A model generated the notes under the pieces. The model was not told the DNA's origin. It saw nothing but the letters and a program-made list of their open reading frames with translations, and made no database searches. From assembly GCA_002811645.1 (NCBI GenBank), contig PDIP01000004.1, positions 124,001 through 188,000 on the forward strand: 64,000 bases of DNA, read 5' to 3'. Every line of letters begins with the position of its first letter. Position 1 is the stretch's first letter. The stretch is from Corallochytrium limacisporum Hawaii. Its lineage: Eukaryota; Protista; Pluriformea. Shown in pieces: positions 1 through 9,170 of this stretch. A program made the translations under genes and the position numbers.

Positions 1-439
1 CCATGTCACCATCCTTGAGAGCCTTCAAGAATTTGCTGAAGTACAGGCGGATACCACGAGTGATCTCCTGGACCACGTCGCCGGTTTTGCAAGGGAAGTC
101 AATGGCATCCTGAATGGCAGAACCAAGACGACCATCACTTACACCTAAAACGGCTTTACTCTTCTTAGAAGACTTCTTGCTCGGCAAATTCAATTCCAGG
201 AAGTTTTCCAAATCCTTATGCACAATACCGTCAGAAATATCATTAATGTTCTCGAGGGCACTTTGAGCAGATTTAAACGGCATGAAACCCTTCAGTTTCA
301 CAACCTTACCGAAACGGTCGAAGCTGTTGATGGAAGCCTGGACTTCCTCAGATTTCAGCGCAATTTCCTCATTCTCGTTAACGGAGAAGAGTGCGTAACC
401 CGACGCAGACTCGTAAAGGACGTACGCAATGTCAGGCAT
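1..439 (-). CDS. NOP56: Nucleolar protein 56 (box C/D snoRNP), 5' part; continues beyond the window start
   Basis: Not in the ORF track. Manual translation from ATG 439: MPDIAYVLYESASGYALF...FGKVVKLKGFMPFKSAQSALENINDISDG...LGVSDGRLGSAIQ...QEITRGIR, matching the NOP56 N-terminal domain. Confidence 0.93.
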   Translation of the reverse strand, partial: MPDIAYVLYESASGYALFSVNENEEIALKSEEVQASINSFDRFGKVVKLKGFMPFKSAQSALENINDISDGIVHKDLENFLELNLPSKKSSKKSKAVLGVSDGRLGSAIQDAIDFPCKTGDVVQEITRGIRLYFSKFLKALKDGDM

Positions 440-982
440 GTCTGCGAACTAATGAGATAAATAGTGACCTCCCGGACTTAGCAAACCGTGGACACAGATC
501 AAAAATGCCCACTCGTGTACCTTCAAAAACCTGGTCTATCCTCGGAATCTATGGAATTAAAAGTAACATGCTCCTACGAATATCGACGCCGAACCGTTGC
601 CTCAAGACTGGGATGCGGGTCAAGAACCGTGCACGCCACTGACAGCAACACGCACCAAAATTCGAAACTCCAGTACACTCCCGAACCCCAGGTGGTGGGT
701 CACCCTGGCCCTTTCAATACTCGTCCCCCTTGGAACTGGTGTTTACAACGCGGTCCCATCCTGCCGACTTTCGTCTAGTCTGAGCCCCACACACGCACAC
801 AAAGTACTGAGTTTCGGCAGCAAGCACCCCTTTTCCATGTCCTTGGCCTGTGCAGTATGGAGCTTGAACACCAAAACTGACCCACAGCTAATCCACGTGG
901 AGCAGCGGTCACAAACTCTTGGAACGAGTGGGAGGGCCGCCTGCCCCGTTGCTTTAGGAAGAGAGAGGGCCCCGCGCCCCCA

Positions 983-1000
983 CCCCCCCCGGCGGGGGGG
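983..1000. promoter_or_regulatory. C8-GGC-G7 tract in the NOP56/PRKRIP1 divergent spacer
   Basis: Seen directly, near the spacer midpoint. Regulatory role is inferred. Confidence 0.4.
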
Positions 1001-1404
1001 AGAGAGCTGGGCAAGCAATACATTGCCGGTACTGGGAACTCCACAGTGAGACACACAGGCTGCAGTACATTAAGTATTGTTGTTCACTTGGGAGGTAGCC
1101 AGCACTGCCGACTCTCATCCGGAAAGGTCTGAATTCAGATTCGCTATAGAGTTGCGAATTTAGTTGCGGCGTATGGGATCAATTGTGATTTTGGTTTCGC
1201 AAAGGTGCTAACGGCTCGGTTCGTTCATGGAATTGACCTGCGCTTTCAGCTTGAGTGGTAGTACCATGTGAAGCTACTTAAATAATAAAGGACAACCAAC
1301 CCGAACAGAAATTCATGCTTGAGATTCGCAGCTGAGGAAAGCGTCTTTGGTCACTTCAATACATATGTGACGCCAGAGGTTCGGGATACGTGCACAGTGT
1401 CGCC

Positions 1405-1794
1405 ATGTCACCAGCACATCAACTGAGCAAACAGAGAAAGACGATCGAGAAGCTCACGAGAAAGGTCAATCAAGGCAAACCTGTGATCCCTGTAGATGCA
1501 CCGAGTAAACTTTCGTGTACGGACTCGGAGTCCCAGCAGCCGGCCCAGTACAAGTCCTCAGTGGCCGGTGCCAGTTCTGCAGACTTTGACATCTATCGAA
1601 ATGAGAGGGACAGAGAACGGCAACGGTTGGCAGCTCTTGCAGCAGAAAAGCAGAGAGATTTAGAAAACGAAGAGTTTAGAAAAAAACACGAGCAGAATAT
1701 GAAGGCCAACGATGCACGCACGGCAAAGAAGAGGGCCAAGAGAGAAAAGCAGAGACAAAAGCTTCGTGATAAGAAGAAAAGTGCCAAAAGCTGA
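1405..1794 (+). CDS. PRKRIP1: PRKR-interacting protein 1 homolog (DUF1168 family, spliceosome-associated)
   Basis: SSVAGASSADFDIYRNERDRERQRL and ARTAKKRAKREKQRQK match the family's SSAGAGSGEFHVYR..RRRE and TAKRRxKR motifs. First ATG is 1405. Confidence 0.85.
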   Translation: MSPAHQLSKQRKTIEKLTRKVNQGKPVIPVDAPSKLSCTDSESQQPAQYKSSVAGASSADFDIYRNERDRERQRLAALAAEKQRDLENEEFRKKHEQNMKANDARTAKKRAKREKQRQKLRDKKKSAKS

Positions 1795-1858
1795 CCCAAT
1801 TAAAGAAACATGGTAACTGAATGTCACATACTATGGTCTCTATGAAATATGTGTTGTC

Positions 1859-2227
1859 TTAGTCAAAGAACACCTCCTGATACTTGTCCTGGGCCAGCAG
1901 GCCGTCGTTATAGGTGGGCAGGTCAAAACTGTCTCCAAAACCGGCAAAGACAACGCTGCCATTTTCCAAAGGCTTGACCGATCCGTCCTCATCTGCAATA
2001 CCGACAACTTCAACAAACTTGTCCGCGGGAATATCCTGTCCAGGAGAGATATGGACCGTAATGGGAAGCTGGTCGCTGGCAATCAGAGTAATAGATTCTG
2101 CAGATTTCTTGGTGACCTCTCCCACGAGGCGAACAGGAGTTCCAATGAAGCGCCTCATGGTCTGCCCATTCACCCGAGGGCTCTTGGGGAATTGTGTAGG
2201 GTTTTCCTGACTATCCGGGACGGCCAT
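1859..2227 (-). CDS. RPA3: Replication protein A 14 kDa subunit (OB fold)
   Basis: 122 aa; PRVNGQTMRRFIGTPVRLVGEV, FVEVVG, FGDSFDLPTYN are typical RPA14 motifs. Confidence 0.9.
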   Translation of the reverse strand: MAVPDSQENPTQFPKSPRVNGQTMRRFIGTPVRLVGEVTKKSAESITLIASDQLPITVHISPGQDIPADKFVEVVGIADEDGSVKPLENGSVVFAGFGDSFDLPTYNDGLLAQDKYQEVFFD

Positions 2228-2496
2228 CTTGAAGACTTGTTAGAGATGTTTCGATTCTTTTTCTTCCCTAAGCAAGTAGTTTGCTACAGGAGTATAGCAT
2301 ATGACATAGCTTCCTTGCTTCGTATGAGTTGTTCCTTTGTTAACACTGATAACAATAAAGTGTCATTGACGATTAAGAGTTGGCTTTGCAGTCACAGGGT
2401 AACGGTTTGAATCTGCACCAACACGGGGCCTCCCCTGTGCTCAGACGGACCGAACATTACCCCTCCTCAGCGAGACCAGCAGCAGAAGAACAGCCA

Positions 2497-2511
2497 TTTT
2501 TCGCGCGCGAA
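2497..2511. promoter_or_regulatory. Palindromic E2F-like site TTTTTCGCGCGCGAA upstream of RPA3
   Basis: Contains TTTCGCGC overlapping the 12-bp palindrome TTCGCGCGCGAA, about 270 bp upstream of a replication gene. Confidence 0.45.
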
Positions 2512-2611
2512 CTGTGTGACCCTACCCTACAGGAACCACTGTCCAATTTATTGATTAATTATACGCAATTGTCGAAAGCCCAAAGCGAGGTCGAAGGGTC
2601 CGACACAAAAA

Positions 2612-2622
2612 GGGGGGGGGGG
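2612..2622. promoter_or_regulatory. G11 tract in the RPA3/SPEF1 divergent spacer
   Basis: Seen directly, near the spacer midpoint. Role is inferred. Confidence 0.4.
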
Positions 2623-3124
2623 AAGGGCAACCAAGCCGTTCCCGATGCCAACCGCGGAGAAACTTGCCCAAGTTGGGGAGCCGACGCGGGGTCTTGGAAG
2701 GGCATTTGGGACGGGGGAGTATTGGGGACCGTGAGCGCCTTCACGTTAGTGAGAAGAGTACCCTCCATTGGCATCAGGATAAAACAGTGGTGGATCTCCA
2801 CATTCCTTCTAAAGGGGAAGCCAGCAAAACCTTTTTGGCCAAACTTCGATAAACGGATTTCCGCATCCCGAGCGACGAGTACGCGAGCCCATTTTTCTGC
2901 AAGCGTGATCTTTGCAGATTTCTTGAGATCAGGCCTTGGTACAAAGGGGTTCAGGTGATTGAGTGGCAAACATAGACTCCGTGTTCGAGTCTGTACCCAT
3001 TATCAGCTGGAAAGTTTACAGGTATTTCCTCAGATGTAGCCGGGACAGTAGTCGGGGACATGTAGATTTCAAACCTCGTGAGCCATTATCAGCAGACTTC
3101 CTGCGACAGTCAGATCCTTTCATC

Positions 3125-3979
3125 ATGGAGGAAGAAGATCTGCAGCGGTTGTATCTTTGGCTGGACGAGATCCCTCTGTCCCGGCCAAAGCGGAATATCA
3201 CTCGGGACTTCAGTGATGGTGTCATGGCCGCAGAGGTGGTCAAGCATTACATTCCCAAAATTGTTGATCTGCACAACTATCCAGCTGCTTCCAATTCAAA
3301 CATGAAGGCCAACAACTGGAAGACCTTGAATCAGAAAGTGTTCAAGAAGCTCAACTTTTTTGTTCCAGAAAGCGTAGTTAAGGATGTCGCCAGCTGTAAG
3401 CAAGGCGTAGTCGAAGTGGTTCTGAACAATTTGCGGGTCAAGATCGAGGCGTACGTGCTCAAGCACCAAGGCAACTTGTATCCTCAGCCCGCCGCGCCGG
3501 CACCATTCGGAATGGCACCTATGGGAGCTGTGGCCTACGACCCTTATGGAAGACCAATTGCTGTCCAGCAACCACACCAGCTCATGTCCATGCAGCCCCA
3601 GTCCATTTCCGTACAGAACGAAACGAAGGCGGGGAGAGGAATAGCGCCTATGGCGGGACCGAACAGAGGTGCGGCAGGAGGACGTGCTCCCACAGGAGCG
3701 TGGATACCCACCCGGTCCGGAGCGGGCAAGGCTAGCTCAGTTGCTAAGGCAAAACCTCAGCAGGTTGCCCACCCACTCACCGAGGAGATGGCAGCCATGG
3801 GATTGAGAGATGAAGGTCGGCCAATGGATGGCGCTGATGCTGCTTTGGTGGGTGAGCTGAAGGAGATGATTGAGATTCTTCAAAGTAAGGTGAGCAGACT
3901 GGAATACCTCCTCGAAATTAAGGAGAAGCGGGTAGATGAACTGAGCATGCACTTAAAACGTCATGGCATCGACGTGTGA
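3125..3979 (+). CDS. SPEF1: Sperm flagellar protein 1 / CLAMP (N-terminal CH domain, C-terminal coiled coil)
   Basis: LYLWLDEIPLSRPKRNITRDFSDGVMAAEVVKHY...VDLHNY...NWKTLNQKVF and a C-terminal IEILQSKVSRLEYLLEIKEKRVDEL. Likely start is ATG 3125, not the upstream GTG. Confidence 0.93.
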   Translation: MEEEDLQRLYLWLDEIPLSRPKRNITRDFSDGVMAAEVVKHYIPKIVDLHNYPAASNSNMKANNWKTLNQKVFKKLNFFVPESVVKDVASCKQGVVEVVLNNLRVKIEAYVLKHQGNLYPQPAAPAPFGMAPMGAVAYDPYGRPIAVQQPHQLMSMQPQSISVQNETKAGRGIAPMAGPNRGAAGGRAPTGAWIPTRSGAGKASSVAKAKPQQVAHPLTEEMAAMGLRDEGRPMDGADAALVGELKEMIEILQSKVSRLEYLLEIKEKRVDELSMHLKRHGIDV

Positions 3980-4058
3980 GCATTCAAACCCATCAGGTGG
4001 CTAAATATTGTATGTCTTGTACATTCTTTAATCTTTGGATTTGATTCTCTGTGACGTC

Positions 4059-4892
4059 CTACCAGAACGACTCTTCCTCGTTTGCAGGAGCGGGTGTAGG
4101 TTTCGGAGCGGGCCACTGCGGAGTCGGTGCAATAGGGGCAGTCGCAGGAGCACTCGGAGCGTGGGATTGCGCAGCAGCCCAGGCTGACTTCAAAGGAGCG
4201 GCTGCCGGCTTATAAGGCATGGCTGATGCTTTCGATCTGCGGTGTTTTTCAAGAGCGGCCAGGCGCTCCTTTTCCATCAGCTCCTTCTGCTCCCTTGCTG
4301 CTTCCGCCTTCCGTTGGTTTTGTTTCTGCTTTTTGGTCAAAGCCGCTGGATTGGTGTGGTAAATCTCCTGCACAGACTTTTCCCGTGGCGGTCCCCTCAC
4401 TCGTTCTGTCACTGCAGTCCACCCTGGTTCCGCCTCTACGGCCGTGACCGGCGTTGGGGGCTCCACAGCCTTCGTTTTCAGAACTCGTACCACTGGCTTG
4501 TCCTCGTCCTCTGGTGGGAGGTTCCGATCTTCTTTTTTCACTTGCTTTCTTGCTTTCTCTTGTTCCAATTCCGCAGATTTCTTTTGATCAAGTTGTGGGG
4601 CATCTTTCTTGCCGGCATCCGTGTTTTTAGTACCAGTTTTGTCGTGCCTCTTGGACTGAGGTGCCTTCGTAGGGCGGTTTTCCGGTGTCTCTGCCACAGT
4701 CTCCGTTGGGGATTCTCCAGTCTTTTCTGGGTTGGCTTTGTTCTTGTTCTTCTTTTTCTTCTTTTTGGCCTTTCCGTTTTTGGCCTCCTTAGACTCCTCC
4801 GGTCCCGCTGCAGGTTCCGTCTGAGTGTACCAGAAAATGATCAGGCCAATTCCAATAAAGCCGGCAGTCACTGCCTCAATGAACTCAACCAT
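4059..4892 (-). CDS. Uncharacterised N-terminally membrane-anchored Lys-rich/coiled-coil protein
   Basis: From ATG 4892: hydrophobic anchor (FIEAVTAGFIGIGLIIFWY), poly-K tract, charged low-complexity region, LTKKQKQNQRKAE coiled-coil motif. It fits the local convergent/divergent gene layout. Confidence 0.75.
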   Translation of the reverse strand: MVEFIEAVTAGFIGIGLIIFWYTQTEPAAGPEESKEAKNGKAKKKKKKNKNKANPEKTGESPTETVAETPENRPTKAPQSKRHDKTGTKNTDAGKKDAPQLDQKKSAELEQEKARKQVKKEDRNLPPEDEDKPVVRVLKTKAVEPPTPVTAVEAEPGWTAVTERVRGPPREKSVQEIYHTNPAALTKKQKQNQRKAEAAREQKELMEKERLAALEKHRRSKASAMPYKPAAAPLKSAWAAAQSHAPSAPATAPIAPTPQWPAPKPTPAPANEEESFW

Positions 4893-5109
4893 TTTGCTCG
4901 TCGCAGTCCATATCGTAGCGTGTTTCCAATTGGCAGCATCAATCCTGAGAGTATGTCTCTGATGACTTGATTCCTGAATACTCCAGCGGGGCATGACATA
5001 CCTTCGACCACTGACAGTAGCGGACCGAGGCCGCCTCGCATACCAGCCAAGCCGCGCCATTGTTGGGCTGCTTACAAGTGCGGGCCCACTCTCCCTCACC
5101 GCTTGCCTA

Positions 5110-5130
5110 CCCCCGGGGGGGAGGGGGGGG
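5110..5130. promoter_or_regulatory. C5G7-A-G8 tract in the TM-protein/methyltransferase divergent spacer
   Basis: Seen directly, near the spacer midpoint. Role is inferred. Confidence 0.4.
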
Positions 5131-5469
5131 TGTTGTTGACCTGTCCGGACAATTTATTGATCTGCGCACGCTCGGCCAGTGCTCAATTCTGAAAGGCCAG
5201 ACAACATTTTGAGGGAACCCTGGCTCGCCAGGAGCCAAACAAAAAAGAAATAAACAGGCCCCATCTGCCACCACCAGATCTTATGGGGCAAACTGTGTTG
5301 AAATGAAGATCCTGTCGCGTTTGCCTCTGACACCTCATCCAGACGTATTCCGCAAAGGTATGTGAAAGTCTTCATGCGACATTTTGGCCAATTCATGAAA
5401 ATGCTGATATATTTTGGGGCCCAAACGCCTTGCCACCCGATTCAGAACAGCAAGATTGCTCAGATCACA

Positions 5470-6222
5470 ATGGGATATGAAACCGATGACAAGAAGGAGC
5501 ACTTTAATGACCTGTATAACACAGGCAACCCAGTGCCCTTCAAGACTGAAATAATGGACAGGCTGACGTACATTTGTGATGACTTTACCCGCCAGGAGTT
5601 TGACCGTCACATTTTGCCGTTTTGCATGCGCAAGTCGGGGGGTGGTGAGACCGTGAACTATGTGGATCTGTGCAGCTGTTTTGGTAATACCTCGATGGCT
5701 GTGCTAAGGGGTATGACCACGGACGAAATCAAAGACAATTGGAGCACTGATGAGAGGTGCGAGACCATCGACAAGCCGACCCGCTTTAAAGTGAAGTGCA
5801 CTGGCATAGATATTTCGAAGAACGCGCTCGCATATGGCAAGCGCGTTGGCCTGTATCAGGAGACACTCAATGCAGACCTCAACCACTTAACGCCCGAGGA
5901 GACCGTGACTTTGACGAATATAATGTCATCGGCAGATGTGATCCTGAGTACTGCGGCGCTGGTCTACCTTCGCACGAGCACCATCGAAAAGATCTTGAGT
6001 GCGTTTGCAAGCAAAAAAAGTGAGGGCTACGTGATTGTCAACTTCTTGAATCCGTTTTCCATTGAGGAGGCCAACGAAATCAAAAAGATGCTGCTCAAGT
6101 ATCTTAAGTTTGAGGGTTCGGTAGCTACACGGCATCGCAAGCTTAGTGAAAAGGAGCGCAAGTCATATCCTGACGAGGAGTGGGCCCTGCTTGAGATTTG
6201 GATCCTGTCCCGCAGAGTGTAG
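5470..6222 (+). CDS. Class I SAM-dependent methyltransferase-like protein, bacterial-type family
   Basis: From ATG 5470 (MGYETDDKKEHFNDLYN): motif I-like YVDLCSCFG, motif II TGIDISKNALAYG, then ADLN and ADVILSTAALVYL. Confidence 0.78.
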   Translation: MGYETDDKKEHFNDLYNTGNPVPFKTEIMDRLTYICDDFTRQEFDRHILPFCMRKSGGGETVNYVDLCSCFGNTSMAVLRGMTTDEIKDNWSTDERCETIDKPTRFKVKCTGIDISKNALAYGKRVGLYQETLNADLNHLTPEETVTLTNIMSSADVILSTAALVYLRTSTIEKILSAFASKKSEGYVIVNFLNPFSIEEANEIKKMLLKYLKFEGSVATRHRKLSEKERKSYPDEEWALLEIWILSRRV

Positions 6223-6246
6223 GGGAATGCCCTCAGCTTACACGTA

Positions 6247-6300
6247 CACACACGCGCGCACACACACACATACACACACATATATATATATATATCCATA
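6247..6300. repeat. Compound (CA)n/(TA)n microsatellite
   Basis: Seen between the convergent methyltransferase and cathepsin 3' ends. Confidence 0.9.
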
Positions 6301-6415
6301 TATGCATATTCACAAGCATAGGTTCAAAAGGAAGTATGTATTCTACTTGTAACATGTACATTGGAACAGGCATCATGCTGACTGTTGGAATGCGTGGGAT
6401 CTACCCCAAAAGTTT

Positions 6416-8419
6416 TCAGTGGTTACCAATAGCGGCGGCCTGGTCCTTCATGAAGCGCTCGATGTCCGGAACAGCAAAGGCACACTGGCTCTCAATGGCC
6501 AAGTTATCAATGCCACGGACGACGCGGAACCAGCCGTCCTCTCCCCACCAGGTGCCCCAGGAGTTGCGGATAATCCAGTAGGGCAGCACGGTGCCGTCGT
6601 CCTGGGTCTCCTCACCCCATCCGGCAATCTCGACGACGTGGTCAATTTCCTTGAAGCCAGTTTTATCGTACATGATTCCACCCTTGTAGTTGTCGAACAG
6701 GTCGTTGACAGCGACACCGCAGGCAACCGGGCCACGTGCGTACACCTCAGCCATGATCGCGGTTGCATTGTTGGGCAGGGGGCCGTATTCCTTAACGAAG
6801 AGTTTCAGCGGGTTCTTGACGGCGTAGCAGCCCTTCTTGGGCTCGCAGTTCTGGCAGATGGTCTCGGGCTCGCAAACGTCGTCACGGGCCAGGTAGGCCA
6901 GGCACGTGGTGTCAGTGGCACCGTGGTCATGGACGTGCTTGAAGGTCGTGACCTGGTCACCACCGTTGCAACCCTTGTTGCTGTCTTCGATGGCACAGTT
7001 GACGAGGTACTGCGGGGACACAACAAAGTCGGGACCATCAGCGTTGCGCATCATCTTCAGCCTGTCAGACATAGAAGAGGCACAGGCGTGGGCCCAGCAG
7101 GATCCGCAGTAGTGTGGAATGTGCTGGTTGAGGTCGGTGGTAGCGTAGCTGGTGCCGTTCATGTTGCGGATGTCGTAGAACTTGGGCAGAGTCTCGGGGG
7201 TAACGTAGGAGTGGGGCATGGCGGACAAAACCACGGGCTCCACAGGGGTCTCTGGGGCTACGTAACCGTGGAACATCCCACTGAACTTGCCCTGCGGGTG
7301 TTCGCTCTCTCCAGCCTTGAGCTGGTCCGCGATGTCCTTGACGGCGTGGTGCAGCTCCTCTTGCCCGTGGTTGATCACTGCGCTGACAAAGTCGTAGGCC
7401 TTGTTCCACACCGTCTGCTCAGCAGATTCCTTGTCGTCACCGTCCTGCTTCTGTTCCTTTTTGTGGTCCGCAATCTTGAAAACCTTGGGCTCAGGGGACA
7501 TGAGGGGGTACACGCACTCCATACCAATTCCAAGGCTACCCTTGTGCATGTTGATGCGGAAGTTACCATTCTCACCCCACCAAAGACCCCAGGAGTTGCG
7601 CACCTCCCAATACTCAATTTCGGTGCCGTTGACAACTTCCTTGCCCCAGCCGATGACCTCAATCTCGTGGTTTAGGTCTTCAGAGGTGATGACGCGGTCC
7701 TCTTCGTAGATGCCTGACTTGTAGACGTTGTCAAAGTCAGGGGTGGCGGCCATGGCACAGTTGATGGGACCACGGGCGTAAATCTCTGCCTTCATGGCGT
7801 GGGGACCATCAGCCGGGTCGAGGCGCTCTGCAGACTCAACGTAGTACTTCTTGTACTCCGGGACGGGGTAGCAGGTGCCAGGGAGGAATGTGTCGCCGGT
7901 CTTGCCGGGCTTGCAGTCCATGCAGTGTCCAATGTCGCTGCAGTCACCATTGTAGGCCTCAAACTGGAGGCAGGTGTTGTCAACGATACCGTTTTCCTTG
8001 ACAAAGTTGTAGGCACGGAAAGAGTCACCACCATTGCAAGTACCGCCACCGTCGCAGTTGATTAAATTTTGCGGCTGCACAACTGTGCGGGGCCAGGCAT
8101 TGTTGCGGACAATGTTCAGGCGGTCACTCATGGCAGAGGTGGCAGCAAACGCCCAGCAGCCACCGCAATACTGGGGAATATGCTGGTTGACTGGGGAGGT
8201 GATGTAGCTGGTACCATTCACATTCTGCCAGGAGAAGTGCTCGGGGAGGTCGTCTGCCTCAATCATGGCGTGCATCATGCCACGGGGAGCGCTACGGCGC
8301 ATGTTGTGGTCAATCTGCAGGCAGGTGCCGCGGAAGTTGGCCTCGATCTCTTCGCTTCCGGGCAAGGCCAAGGACAGCTGGCCGAGGGCCAGGACGACGG
8401 CAAGGCTGTACATGTTCAT
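6416..8419 (-). CDS. CTSZ: Secreted/lysosomal cathepsin Z (X)-like protease with two tandem papain (C1A) domains
   Basis: Signal peptide. Domain 1 has NQHIPQYCGGCWAF, LNHEIEVIGWG, RNSWG; domain 2 has NQHIPHYCGSCWAH, IDHVVEIAGWG, RNSWG. The HIP insertion is diagnostic of cathepsin Z. Confidence 0.93.
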   Translation of the reverse strand: MNMYSLAVVLALGQLSLALPGSEEIEANFRGTCLQIDHNMRRSAPRGMMHAMIEADDLPEHFSWQNVNGTSYITSPVNQHIPQYCGGCWAFAATSAMSDRLNIVRNNAWPRTVVQPQNLINCDGGGTCNGGDSFRAYNFVKENGIVDNTCLQFEAYNGDCSDIGHCMDCKPGKTGDTFLPGTCYPVPEYKKYYVESAERLDPADGPHAMKAEIYARGPINCAMAATPDFDNVYKSGIYEEDRVITSEDLNHEIEVIGWGKEVVNGTEIEYWEVRNSWGLWWGENGNFRINMHKGSLGIGMECVYPLMSPEPKVFKIADHKKEQKQDGDDKESAEQTVWNKAYDFVSAVINHGQEELHHAVKDIADQLKAGESEHPQGKFSGMFHGYVAPETPVEPVVLSAMPHSYVTPETLPKFYDIRNMNGTSYATTDLNQHIPHYCGSCWAHACASSMSDRLKMMRNADGPDFVVSPQYLVNCAIEDSNKGCNGGDQVTTFKHVHDHGATDTTCLAYLARDDVCEPETICQNCEPKKGCYAVKNPLKLFVKEYGPLPNNATAIMAEVYARGPVACGVAVNDLFDNYKGGIMYDKTGFKEIDHVVEIAGWGEETQDDGTVLPYWIIRNSWGTWWGEDGWFRVVRGIDNLAIESQCAFAVPDIERFMKDQAAAIGNH

Positions 8420-8887
8420 CCTTACGTCCTATTGTATCGTCACATTGAATACAAACCGATGTGTAAATGTGCTCATGGAGCATGTCATTGGAAATATTGC
8501 GCAGTCCTAACTAGCTCTGTCACTGTATTTTGCCACCATTCTCACGCAGAGCAATTGGCGGTTCGTTCTTGTGTGTAGAGACTTCGGTGCATAGCCCGAT
8601 ACTTGCCCTCGGAGGGCCCCCCTTCCCACCCCCCAACCGACACATTTGGGAGAGAGAGTGACAGCGGTGGGACCGATGATGAACGGTTTCGGACTCTCTC
8701 TCTCCCTGTCTCTCTCCCTCTCCCATCGGGCCCCTGTGCAGTTTTCCTTACCTAACCTCCCTTTTCCCCTTGATCGGAGAAGCAAGAGCGCTGCGTTCAG
8801 GTTAGAGAGACAAGGGACAAGAGTGGCTTGGCACACACCGAGACGCATGGGGGAATGGAAACAAAAAGAAGCCAAAAAAAAAAAGGA

Positions 8888-8895
<8 letters not shown>

Positions 8896-8947
<52 letters not shown>
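8896..8947. repeat. (GA)n microsatellite
   Basis: About 25 perfect units. Confidence 0.95.
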
Positions 8948-8950
<3 letters not shown>

Positions 8951-9135
8951 TTAAGGGACCAGAAACGATGGGAATGGCGGGGGCTGAGTCTTGGGGCGAG
9001 AGGAGAGGGGGGACGGGACCATCCCGGAGACTTTGAACCGCTGCGCTCGGTTCCTGTGCCACCGTCTCACCGTCGGCGCAGAGTGGCTGGCCGTTGCGTG
9101 CGCCCGGTCCGCGATCGTTGACGGGGGGGGGGCCG

Positions 9136-9170
9136 ATTGCCTCAATTCGTCATTGCCTCAATTCGTCATT
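9136..9170. repeat. 16-bp direct tandem duplication ATTGCCTCAATTCGTC x2
   Basis: Perfect copies at 9136-9151 and 9152-9167, between G10 and G18 tracts. Confidence 0.9.
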
